Below are positions 24,826-33,626 of a stretch of DNA of 39,588 bases, piece by piece. The DNA lies in IMG/VR virus record IMGVR_UViG_3300037755_000237, positions 1-39,588 of that record. One strand, given 5' to 3'. A program made the translations under genes and the position numbers. Origin of the DNA: a virus (Duplodnaviria > Caudoviricetes). The stretch's first letter is position 1. Every line of letters starts with the position of its first letter. The notes under the pieces were generated by a model. That model did no database searches. It saw only the letters and a program-made list of their open reading frames with translations, and was not told where the DNA came from.

Positions 24826-26208
24826 ATGCCTGTACCGCGCGATAGAGTGAGGCAACTGACCTATCAAAATCCTCATGCGACGGGGCCGCTGTTCATGCCT
24901 CTGCTCGTACGTTGCAATACTCCGGACGAAGAACTGATGGGTAATGTCCGGGTGAACTCGTCAAGAGAGGAATTGGAATGGCTTGCGGCTAAAGAACCGC
25001 ATGAAGGGATTGCCGTCATGGTTGGCGGCGGGCCGTCCGTGGAAGACTTCCACATCGAAATTATGGAGATGGCAAACGATCTTGACGCTACCGTTTTTGC
25101 TATGAACGCCGCGTCGCAATATCTGAACGAACACGACATCAGGGTTGATTATCAGGTCATCGCGGACGCCAAGGAGGAAACGGCGACGCTGGTCGATCCC
25201 AAGGCTGGTGCCCACCTGTTTGCTTCTCAGGTGAATCCGGCAACCATGCGGTCTGTCGATCATCCAATTGTCTGGCATTTGGAAAACATTGATTCCGGCA
25301 ACGTCGAAACCGCACTTGAACCAATCCGCATGAAGCGTGGCGGCTACGCGGTTATCGGAGGCGGGGCTTCAACCGGCAACGCAGCACTCTGCGTGGCGTA
25401 TTGCATGGGCTTCCGCGATCTTCGCCTGTTCGGATACGACTCTTCCAATCGCGGGCAGAGATCACACGCTTACGAGCAGACGATGAACCGGATCATTCCG
25501 GTAACGGAAGTCGAGTGGGGTGGGAAGATTTACAGTTCGTCGGTGTCGATGAGATCGCAGGCCGAAAAGTTTCAGTTCACGGCGCGGGAATTGAAGGGGC
25601 ATGGATGCAAGATCACCGTCTATGGCGAGGGTCTGTTGCAGGCGATGTACCTGACGCCGCCAGATCTCTTGTCCGAGCGCAACAAGTATCAGTTGATGTG
25701 GCAGTTCGACGGATACCGTAATTTCTCGCCGGGAGAGGATGTTGTTGACCTGTTTCTGGATGTCGCCGAGCCGGACGGACTAATCATCGATTTCGGCTGT
25801 GGCACAGGTCGGGCCGCCCTGACGTTGTACAACAAGGGCTACGACGTCATTCTTGTCGATTTTGCCGATAATTGCCGGGACGAAGAGGCCGAGGGGCTGA
25901 CATTTGTCGAATGGGATTTGGTAAAGCCGATTTCGCTGCGTGCTCCATTTGGTTTCTGCACCGATGTCATGGAGCACATACCGCCAGCCGATGTCGACAA
26001 GGTTCTGACCAACATCATGGAAGCGGCGGAGACGGTGTTTTTCCAGATCGCGACAGTCGATGATGAATTTGGCGCGGTGATCGGCCATCGGCTGCACAAC
26101 ACAGTTCAGCCGCATGAATGGTGGGCTGAAAAAATCGTATCGCTCGGGTTTGATATCGAGTGGGAGAAAGTCGTGAAGCCGGGCGCGTCGGCTTTCCTGG
26201 TAGAGTGA
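24826..26208 (+). CDS. Maf/DUF115 (MptE-like) domain fused to class I SAM methyltransferase
   Basis: VMVGGGPS, FAMNAA, ASQVNP, GGGASTG...AYCMGFRDLRLFGYDSS...HAY; then IIDFGCGTGR, CTDVMEHIP. Confidence 0.8.
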   Translation: MPVPRDRVRQLTYQNPHATGPLFMPLLVRCNTPDEELMGNVRVNSSREELEWLAAKEPHEGIAVMVGGGPSVEDFHIEIMEMANDLDATVFAMNAASQYLNEHDIRVDYQVIADAKEETATLVDPKAGAHLFASQVNPATMRSVDHPIVWHLENIDSGNVETALEPIRMKRGGYAVIGGGASTGNAALCVAYCMGFRDLRLFGYDSSNRGQRSHAYEQTMNRIIPVTEVEWGGKIYSSSVSMRSQAEKFQFTARELKGHGCKITVYGEGLLQAMYLTPPDLLSERNKYQLMWQFDGYRNFSPGEDVVDLFLDVAEPDGLIIDFGCGTGRAALTLYNKGYDVILVDFADNCRDEEAEGLTFVEWDLVKPISLRAPFGFCTDVMEHIPPADVDKVLTNIMEAAETVFFQIATVDDEFGAVIGHRLHNTVQPHEWWAEKIVSLGFDIEWEKVVKPGASAFLVE

Positions 26209-26795
26209 GCAATTTTCGACTGCTGAATCCGGATTGCGTATTTATTCATATCCCCAAGACCGGCGGCACCTCTATTCGGCGCGGTGTCTGGGGCAGTCAG
26301 TACGTCGGCCCGATGTACGGTGAGATACCGGCAGAGTGGGATGGGCTATGGCGATTTGCATTTGTGCGCCATCCTCTCGAACGTCTCATGTCGGCGTGGG
26401 ACATGGCTTGTCGAAAACAAGTTTATGGCCCGCCTGTAGCGCAGACCATTGAGGCGTTTCTGGCCGTCGTGATGGATGACGATATTCCGCACGATTATAA
26501 AAGTCCCATGCGTACAGAGGGCGAGCGAATTCGACATCATACGATCCCGCAGACGCATCCGTTCAACTGTCTTGAGGCGGCCGATTTCGTCGGTCGGTTT
26601 GAACACTTTCAACGGGATTATACGGTCGTAGCCAAGCGGATGGGAATAACCTCCCGCGATTTGCCGCACATGTATCCGGCCACGCAGCCCCGCCAATGGT
26701 CGGATGTTTTGTCAGGCGAATGCCTGCAACATTGTGTCGATTACTATCGTCGAGATTTTGAACAATTGGGTTACGAGTTGCCCGCAAATCACTAA
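26205..26795 (+). CDS. Sulfotransferase family 2 protein
   Basis: 5'-PSB FIHIPKTGGTSI; 3'-PB FVRHPLERLMSAW; FVGRFE; YRRDFEQLGY. Confidence 0.9.
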   Translation: MSNFRLLNPDCVFIHIPKTGGTSIRRGVWGSQYVGPMYGEIPAEWDGLWRFAFVRHPLERLMSAWDMACRKQVYGPPVAQTIEAFLAVVMDDDIPHDYKSPMRTEGERIRHHTIPQTHPFNCLEAADFVGRFEHFQRDYTVVAKRMGITSRDLPHMYPATQPRQWSDVLSGECLQHCVDYYRRDFEQLGYELPANH

Positions 26796-26804
26796 CGGAG
26801 CCTG

Positions 26805-27341
26805 ATGATGACCGCTCTCAATCCAGTCACGCTGTTCTTTCCGTCGCCTGATGGAACTGTCGTCGGCCATGCTGACGGGGCCTACGTTCCGACGCTTGGC
26901 TACCGTGTCACCAAAGTTGAAGATGTCGAAACGGCGACCGGCGTTGACCTTTTCACGGTCACGGGAAATATCCTGCTGACGACATGGGTTGGCGAAGTCA
27001 CCAATGCGCTGCACACAACCGTTACCGATTACAAGCTGCGGATAAAAACCATTGACATCGATCTTTGCGCGGCAACGAACCTGTCAAGCGCCGTCGTCGG
27101 ATACAAATTTGCACTATCGGGCGATGCGACGAAAACAATCCTGACCGGCTCCGACTATGCGGTCTCTGTCGCCAAGGCAAATTCTATGAAGGGCCTTGGC
27201 CTCGCTTATCGCTTTATCGGTTCAATCGGCGGGACTTGCACCTTGCAGTCCAATCGCACGGCTGGGGCGGCAAGCGATTCCATCACGCATACGATTTGGT
27301 ATTGGCCTCTCGAAGCAGATGCAATCGTCGTAGCGACCTAA
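26805..27341 (+). CDS. Putative virion structural protein
   Basis: Thr/Gly/Ala-rich beta protein; DLFTVTGNIL. Confidence 0.6.
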   Translation: MMTALNPVTLFFPSPDGTVVGHADGAYVPTLGYRVTKVEDVETATGVDLFTVTGNILLTTWVGEVTNALHTTVTDYKLRIKTIDIDLCAATNLSSAVVGYKFALSGDATKTILTGSDYAVSVAKANSMKGLGLAYRFIGSIGGTCTLQSNRTAGAASDSITHTIWYWPLEADAIVVAT

Positions 27342-27355
27342 CAGGAGACACACCA

Positions 27356-27595
27356 ATGACTGTTGCAGTGAATGTCTACAAGGGCCGGATTCTGATTGGC
27401 GCTGGAACGGCCACGGGCGGTTCCGACACAATCGCCTCCTATACCGAAGTCTATCCCGCTTACGGTGGCCGGAACGTCCAGGTGACGGTGACGGAAGAGG
27501 CGGCCAACACGATTGGCATGACGTTTTCTACCCGCGTCGTGACCGACGAAACCACATCACTTGTCCTCAAGGACGCATGTCCCTTCACCGATTAG
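27356..27595 (+). CDS. Small putative structural protein
   Basis: AGGAG RBS; MTVAVNVYKG... Confidence 0.55.
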   Translation: MTVAVNVYKGRILIGAGTATGGSDTIASYTEVYPAYGGRNVQVTVTEEAANTIGMTFSTRVVTDETTSLVLKDACPFTD

Positions 27596-27605
27596 GATAA
27601 TCGCT

Positions 27606-27926
27606 ATGAGCTTTCCTTTCATGCTGGCGGGGGATCACGTCACGATCTCGGCGGCCGGTTCTTCGCAATCCGATGCCGCTATTGCAGGTTCCGCCATCGT
27701 CTCGGTCAATGCCGTGGCGACCGGCGAAGGTGTCGTCCTGATGGCCAAGGGGCCTCGTGTCATCTCGATGGTCTCAAACGAAGATGCCACTGAGTCGCTT
27801 TACGTCTATCCGTGGGTTGGCGCTTCGATCAACGGCAATGCGGCCAACGCCCCGGTCGATCTTCCCGCCGGTCATGCTGCGATGTTCGTCGAGATCGACA
27901 ACACGCACATTATCGGCATGTTCTAG
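27606..27926 (+). CDS. Putative structural protein
   Basis: AAGSSQSDA...GEGVVL...LYVYP..GASING. Confidence 0.6.
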   Translation: MSFPFMLAGDHVTISAAGSSQSDAAIAGSAIVSVNAVATGEGVVLMAKGPRVISMVSNEDATESLYVYPWVGASINGNAANAPVDLPAGHAAMFVEIDNTHIIGMF

Positions 27927-27938
27927 AAGGAATGTTTC

Positions 27939-28487
27939 ATGGCTGAAAAATGGTATCCCGCCGCACTGCCGGAAAAAGGCGTTGTCGGCTATTTCGAATA
28001 TTTCGAGATCATCGACGCACCGGCATCGCTGGCGGCCGACGAGGAGCGTTATAAGAACGCGATTGTCTGCTACACGAAAGCCTCCGGTTCGTCCGATGTT
28101 TCCGCCGTCAAGGTCAAGGAAGGCAACCAGCGGGAACTCGTGAGGAGATTTCCCGAAGCATGGGCGGCCTTTCAGGGCGAGGAAGTCAATATCGACGGAA
28201 CACCGCTGTCCGATCTGGGGATTCCCGATCAGCGCATAACCGAGTTTCAGTTGAACGGCGTTCTTTCGGTTGAACAATTGGCCGAACTATCCGACATTGC
28301 CTGCCAGAACATCGGGTTTGGAGTACGTCGGCAGAGGGGTGAGGCGCAGGACTATCTGAAGGACGGCAAGGCGGGGCTTGCGGCCAACAAAATAGCCAAT
28401 GGCAGTGATCCGGTGAAGAAAAAGGGCGGTCGGCCCAAGGGCTCAAAGAACAAGCCTCACGTCGAGGCCGGGGCGACGGCGGCTTAA
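27939..28487 (+). CDS. Conserved head-completion-region protein
   Basis: RRFPEAWAAF...GTPL...SVEQLAELSD. Confidence 0.65.
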   Translation: MAEKWYPAALPEKGVVGYFEYFEIIDAPASLAADEERYKNAIVCYTKASGSSDVSAVKVKEGNQRELVRRFPEAWAAFQGEEVNIDGTPLSDLGIPDQRITEFQLNGVLSVEQLAELSDIACQNIGFGVRRQRGEAQDYLKDGKAGLAANKIANGSDPVKKKGGRPKGSKNKPHVEAGATAA

Positions 28488-28490
28488 TCC

Positions 28491-29186
28491 ATGTCCCTCC
28501 TGACAATCGCACAGACCGTCCTTCGCGAGACTGGCAAGTGGCAGGTGCCGTCAACCATTGTCGGCAACAACGACCCGACCGCCGTGCAAATGCTGGTGCT
28601 TGCCAACCGGACGGGAAGGACGATTGCCCAGGATCATCGCTGGAGTTCACTGCTTGTCGACTACACCTTCAATACGGCGGTAAGCACGGTTGCCTATGAA
28701 GTGCCCGACGACTTCTCGCGCTTTGCCAGCCTGACCTTCTGGGACAACTCCAACGATACGCGGGTGAGAGGTCCGGTCAGCGCCGCCCAATGGCAATATC
28801 TCAATTCGTCCGGTCTGGGTGGCGCTTCCGTATTCGACAAGGCGTTTCGTATTGCCGGCGGCCAGTTCAGCATCTATCCGACGCCGACAGCCATCGAAGT
28901 CATTGCCTATCAATACTGGACGCGGAACTGGGTGACGGGCGACAAGGCGGCATTCGATGACGATGACGACACGACCCTGATCGATGAGGATTTGATTATC
29001 CTTGGCGTCAAGTGGCGGTGGCTACAGGCCAAGGGCGATGCGTTCGAGAATGAGAAACTGGAATTCATGCAACGCCTCGATTCGCTGAAGGGAGCGGACG
29101 GCGGGCGCGACATGCTGCGCTTTGGCCAGCAGCTTCTGATCGGCGACGAAGCCGGCAATCTTCCTGAGAGCGGATACGGTCTCTGA
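28491..29186 (+). CDS. Head-tail adaptor (tail tubular A/P22 gp4-like position)
   Basis: MSLLTIAQ...LPDDF-like VPDDF...GPVSAAQW...IYPTP...LGVKWRW. Confidence 0.7.
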   Translation: MSLLTIAQTVLRETGKWQVPSTIVGNNDPTAVQMLVLANRTGRTIAQDHRWSSLLVDYTFNTAVSTVAYEVPDDFSRFASLTFWDNSNDTRVRGPVSAAQWQYLNSSGLGGASVFDKAFRIAGGQFSIYPTPTAIEVIAYQYWTRNWVTGDKAAFDDDDDTTLIDEDLIILGVKWRWLQAKGDAFENEKLEFMQRLDSLKGADGGRDMLRFGQQLLIGDEAGNLPESGYGL

Positions 29187-30685
29187 TGCCGCGCATTTCT
29201 CAGCCGATACCAATTCCCAGTCCATATGGAGGCATTAACACCCGCGAGGGCATCGGCTCGCTTCAACCGCATGAAGCGCGTTCGCTCATCAACTGGGAGC
29301 CGTCCGGCAACTCATGCAAGCCGCGCCCCGGCCATGATTTTTATTCCGAGGATGGAGCCTCGGAGGAACCAGTTGAAACGCTGGCTTCGTTCAACGGGTT
29401 GGCCGGAGAAGCGCTGATCGGTGTTAATGGCGGCTCGATCTGGGATTTCTCCAATTCGGTAGCTGTAGAGCTTCTAGCGGCTGGGTTTACCGACAGCCGG
29501 TTTCAGACCGAGTGCTACAACAATCGCTTGTTTGGAGTGAACGGCACCGACACGCCGTGGGTTTACAATGGCACGACGGCCAGCACATCGACAGGATTTT
29601 CCGGGTCAGGTCTGACACTCAGCAATCTCACCAACATCGCCAAGGTTCGCAATCGTCTCTGGTTTACCGAAAAGAATTCCGCCGATGTCTGGTATGGCGG
29701 GCTCGGGCTGATCACCGGGGCGCTGACCAAATTCCAGTTGAGCCAGGTTGTCGGTGGCGGTGCCTGTATTGCCATAGGTGCGCATTCGCAAGACGCCGGA
29801 GACGGGCCTGACGATTATACGGCGTTCGTCATGTCGACGGGCGAGGTCGTGATCTATGCCGGCGATCCGTCGACGACGTTTTCCAAGGTCGGCAATTATT
29901 TCATGCCGCCGCCGGTTGGAAAGCGGTGTCTGGTCAATATCGGCGGGCCATTGGCGGTCCTGACCCATATGGGTCTTGTGCCGCTGCAAGCCGCTGTCAC
30001 GGGCATTGCCTTTGATCAAATGGCGGTCGGGAATTTCGGCAAGGTGTCGCCGTCGATCAGGCGGGATGTCGACAGGTTCGCTAGTTTGCCGGGCTGGTTT
30101 GCAATTCAGCACGAGGGCCGGATCATCATCAATGTGCCGACTTCGACGGAATCGTCGAGGCAGTGGGTTTATAACGCGCTCACCGGCTCATGGCATGAAT
30201 GGCACGGCATTTCGGCGGCCAGCATGGCAGTCGGGATTGACGATCTGCACGGACTTTACTTTGGTTCGTGGTCGGATGGGGTCGTCGACAAGATTGACGG
30301 GATTCTCGATCGGGGCGAACCGATCATGGTTGCCTCGCGCGGGGCATTCGCGGTTCTACCCGGCGGGGTTCTCCAGACCACGACCGGCATTCGTTTCGAC
30401 ATGGCGATTGAAGGAGCCATTTCAGGAAAGTTCGGCATCGATACCGACTATACCGAAACCGATCTCAGTTCCTATCCGACCCTCGACATTGCATCCTCGA
30501 CCGCGTCCACCCCGTGGGGATCGCCGTGGGGTTCCGACTGGTCGGATTCGAGCAAGCATCCCGGCTTGTGGATGTCGGCCTATGCCGAAGGTCATTCGGT
30601 GGCTCTGGCAATGGAAGCCACCGTCAACGCAGTGAGCGAAGATTGGCTGGGCGCGCATCTCCTGACCCGCCAGACCGGCATCTGA
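29186..30685 (+). CDS. Tail nozzle / DNA-stabilisation protein (P22 gp10-like position)
   Basis: PSPYGGINTRE, beta-propeller-like NNRLFGVNG and NRLWF; size and position. Confidence 0.7.
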   Translation: MPRISQPIPIPSPYGGINTREGIGSLQPHEARSLINWEPSGNSCKPRPGHDFYSEDGASEEPVETLASFNGLAGEALIGVNGGSIWDFSNSVAVELLAAGFTDSRFQTECYNNRLFGVNGTDTPWVYNGTTASTSTGFSGSGLTLSNLTNIAKVRNRLWFTEKNSADVWYGGLGLITGALTKFQLSQVVGGGACIAIGAHSQDAGDGPDDYTAFVMSTGEVVIYAGDPSTTFSKVGNYFMPPPVGKRCLVNIGGPLAVLTHMGLVPLQAAVTGIAFDQMAVGNFGKVSPSIRRDVDRFASLPGWFAIQHEGRIIINVPTSTESSRQWVYNALTGSWHEWHGISAASMAVGIDDLHGLYFGSWSDGVVDKIDGILDRGEPIMVASRGAFAVLPGGVLQTTTGIRFDMAIEGAISGKFGIDTDYTETDLSSYPTLDIASSTASTPWGSPWGSDWSDSSKHPGLWMSAYAEGHSVALAMEATVNAVSEDWLGAHLLTRQTGI

Positions 30686-31101
30686 AGATCGTCGGCGGGG
30701 AGAAGGAACGAGTCGGACTCTGGATGCTGGAACGGTTGCCGGAGATCACGGCGCTTCCAGGAGGCTATGAGGCAATCGGAGTAGAGCGCGCCGGTCGGTT
30801 GATCGGTGGCTGTCTGTTCACCGAATATGTTCCGTATAAGGGCGGCGGCACGATCACGATATGGGCGGCCGGTGAACGTGGCTGGGTATCGCGTCGCGTC
30901 ATCCAGACCATGCTGGGATACCCGTTCAATCAATTGGGGTGTCATCGCATTACCGCGCTGGCGGCCAAGGACAACAAGCCGTCACGAAAACTTCTGGAAG
31001 ATTTGGGCTTTCGCTTTGAGGGTGTCGCGCGACTTGGCTTCGGGCCGCGTCGTCATGCCTGCATTTACGGACTTTTGAAAATCGAACAAGGCTGGGTTTA
31101 A
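30682..31101 (+). CDS. GNAT-family acetyltransferase-like protein
   Basis: YPFNQLGCHRITA...NKPSRKLLEDLGFRFEG; start CTG 30682 or ATG 30724. Confidence 0.8.
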   Translation: MKIVGGEKERVGLWMLERLPEITALPGGYEAIGVERAGRLIGGCLFTEYVPYKGGGTITIWAAGERGWVSRRVIQTMLGYPFNQLGCHRITALAAKDNKPSRKLLEDLGFRFEGVARLGFGPRRHACIYGLLKIEQGWV

Positions 31102-31102
31102 C

Positions 31103-32116
31103 ATGGGCAAGTCTACACCGTCTCCGCCTGATCCGTTTGAGACGGCACAGGCTCAATCCGGGGCCAACAAGGAAGCGATTCAGGAGTCGGCGAAAGTCAG
31201 CGCCGTCGATCAATTCGCCCCGTGGGGATCGTCAACTTTTGGGCGAGACGAAGCCGGCGTGCCGACAAAGCAGACAATCGCGCTCGGACCAGCCGAACAG
31301 CAATTCTACGATCAGTCGAATTCGATCAAGAATGCACTGGCTGGGAAGGCCGGCGGGTTTCTCGATTATCTCCCGAATGAACAATTCACCGGACCGGATC
31401 AGGGTGCCGGGGATGCGGTTTCCAAGGCACTGTACGACCGCAATCTTGCCCGGATCAATCCGCAGCTCGAAGAAGCGCGCAAGGGCATCGAACTCAATCT
31501 CTCAGAGCGCGGCATTCCGATAGGTTCGGAAATCCAGCAAAACGAAATGAACCGCTTCGACAGGACGCGTAATGATGCACTGACCGGACTGGCTCAGGAT
31601 GCGACGCTGGCCGGTGGACAGGAATACGACCGTCAACTTGCCAATGCGTTGACCATCAGGGCGCAGCCGTTCAACGAGATTTCCGCCTTCCTGCAAGGCG
31701 CGCCGGCAATGAACCAACCACAATTCCAGGGTACGCCGGCATTCCAGCAGGCGGCTCCGGATATCGCCGGGCTGATCAACTCGAATTATCAGAACCAGTT
31801 GGCGGCATCGAACTCGCGCAATTCGGCATTGTCGAGCGGCCTGTTCGGGCTTGGTTCGGCGGCTATCGGTCTGTCGGATCGTCGCATGAAAATGAATGTT
31901 CGCCGGATTGGTCAACTCGACAACGGCCTTCCGGTTTACGGATTTAGATACATCGACGGCATCGGGCCTTATCAGATTGGCGTCATGGCGCAGGAAGTCG
32001 AGGATATCGTACCGGAAGCGGTCATCAAGATCGGCAAGGACAAGATTCGCATGGTCAATTACGAGAAACTTGCCAAGGCGATCCGGCCTGAAACGACGGA
32101 AATAGAAGTTGCCTGA
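31103..32116 (+). CDS. Ejection/pilot-like protein with C-terminal S74 intramolecular chaperone domain
   Basis: MGKSTPSPPDP...; GLFGLGSAAIGL-SDRRMK...GVMAQEVE..VPEAV...VNY. Confidence 0.75.
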   Translation: MGKSTPSPPDPFETAQAQSGANKEAIQESAKVSAVDQFAPWGSSTFGRDEAGVPTKQTIALGPAEQQFYDQSNSIKNALAGKAGGFLDYLPNEQFTGPDQGAGDAVSKALYDRNLARINPQLEEARKGIELNLSERGIPIGSEIQQNEMNRFDRTRNDALTGLAQDATLAGGQEYDRQLANALTIRAQPFNEISAFLQGAPAMNQPQFQGTPAFQQAAPDIAGLINSNYQNQLAASNSRNSALSSGLFGLGSAAIGLSDRRMKMNVRRIGQLDNGLPVYGFRYIDGIGPYQIGVMAQEVEDIVPEAVIKIGKDKIRMVNYEKLAKAIRPETTEIEVA

Positions 32117-33227
32117 TTTTCAGCTTCGCCCGTTCAATGCTGGTGAATTTGTCGATAACGGTGATGGTACTCGTAGCACTGAACGTTCACGAACATTTCA
32201 AGATGCATCCGGCAGATGGGTCAACGCACCGTCACTTTGGATGGGGTCAAACGGTCCAGTTGATCTTGGTTATATGAGTGACGATCAAATCGCAAAAGTA
32301 ACCGAGATGTTTGAACAACAAGCCGGCAATAGATTTCGTCGATTTGACGATATGCAAAGTGCTGAAACCGCCGCGCGGCGTCGTAGTGATGCTGGCGGGG
32401 CCGGATCATCTGAAAGTCGATTTGAAAAGGCAAAAGGAATGGCGATTACAGACTCCCAGCGCCTCATGGCGCGGAAGGTGTTGTCCAACACCAAGGGACG
32501 TGTTCTCAGGCGCGGCTCACGCGGGGTATCCGTCAGGGCGCTGCAAGCCTTCCTGTCTGACCAGGGCTTCGATGTCGGCAAACTGGACGGCATCTTCGGC
32601 AAGCAGACCCAGAAGGCCCTGAAGGACTTCCAGAGGTCAAACAAACTGGCGGTCGACGGTCGCGCCGGGGACCAGACATTCGGCAAGGTGCGGGATTTGA
32701 TGCCAGAGCCGGTCGAGGCGGTCGCTTCGCTCGATATGGCCGGCGCCGACGCTCTGGAACTGCCTACACCTCCGCCTATCGATATGCCGGTTGAGGCCCC
32801 GGCAGGCCAGTTTGCGGAAATGCCATCTGATCCTGGTCTGGCTGGAGCGGAAATGGCCCCGCCGGTCGATCCAATGATGGCTGGTTCCGAAATGGCCCAA
32901 AAGCCGTTCGGGGATGAGATGTTTTCGCCGGCCCCGCCAAATTTGCCCGAGCAATACGCCCAGCCGGAACGGTCGAACGATCTGGCAAGCGGGATAGACA
33001 CAATCCGTTCAACCATGACCGGCCAGCCTTACGAGAACGTCGCCGCCGGTCGGCGCATGAATACCCCGGAACAATGGCAGGCAAGGCCCGGAGACGGCCT
33101 AGATGGGCTCAGGGCGGCATTGCTTGGCAAGGTTGACCAAATGCAGCAGCCGGCCGCCGTAGGGGCTGGAATGTCGCCTAATGACGCGGCCATGAATGAG
33201 ATGCTGAAAGCCCTGCTGGCGCGCTAG
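32109..33227 (+). CDS. Virion protein with peptidoglycan-binding domain
   Basis: LRRGSRGVSVRALQAFL...DGIFGKQTQKALKDFQRSNKLAVDGRAGDQT. Confidence 0.75.
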   Translation: MPDFQLRPFNAGEFVDNGDGTRSTERSRTFQDASGRWVNAPSLWMGSNGPVDLGYMSDDQIAKVTEMFEQQAGNRFRRFDDMQSAETAARRRSDAGGAGSSESRFEKAKGMAITDSQRLMARKVLSNTKGRVLRRGSRGVSVRALQAFLSDQGFDVGKLDGIFGKQTQKALKDFQRSNKLAVDGRAGDQTFGKVRDLMPEPVEAVASLDMAGADALELPTPPPIDMPVEAPAGQFAEMPSDPGLAGAEMAPPVDPMMAGSEMAQKPFGDEMFSPAPPNLPEQYAQPERSNDLASGIDTIRSTMTGQPYENVAAGRRMNTPEQWQARPGDGLDGLRAALLGKVDQMQQPAAVGAGMSPNDAAMNEMLKALLAR

Positions 33228-33592
33228 TAAGGTGGGTGGTCGCCGGCCCAGCCGAAACAATGCCCCTTTTCGTGGATGAGCATGGCTTTGGTCAGTTCAG
33301 GTGAGAGATTGTTGGCGATGAGAATCCGGCAGTTGCCGGGTCTTACCCATGCGCAGGCAATGTCCTCGAATTTGCCGGCGGCTTCCGAGCAGATGCGGGT
33401 GACTTGCGGTTGAGGGCCATATTCGATGTCGATCTTGACCATGCTGGCGAAGGGCGGGTCGATGTATTTGGTCGGAGGCCGGATAACATCACCGTATCCG
33501 CCACCTGGGGTTATGTAGCTGTTGGGCGATAGGTTTTCGGCTCCGGCAAGCGTCGGGTAGAGCAGAAAAGCTAAGGCCAATATCCAGCGCAT
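33224..33592 (-). CDS. Antisense secreted protein with HExxH zinc-peptidase motif (moron)
   Basis: Signal peptide MRWILALAFLLYPTLAGA; LIHEKGHCFG; own promoter TTGAAT-N17-TAGATT. Confidence 0.75.
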   Translation of the reverse strand: MRWILALAFLLYPTLAGAENLSPNSYITPGGGYGDVIRPPTKYIDPPFASMVKIDIEYGPQPQVTRICSEAAGKFEDIACAWVRPGNCRILIANNLSPELTKAMLIHEKGHCFGWAGDHPPY

Positions 33593-33626
33593 AGCCTAAA
33601 TCTATTCATTTCTTTGGGACAATTCA

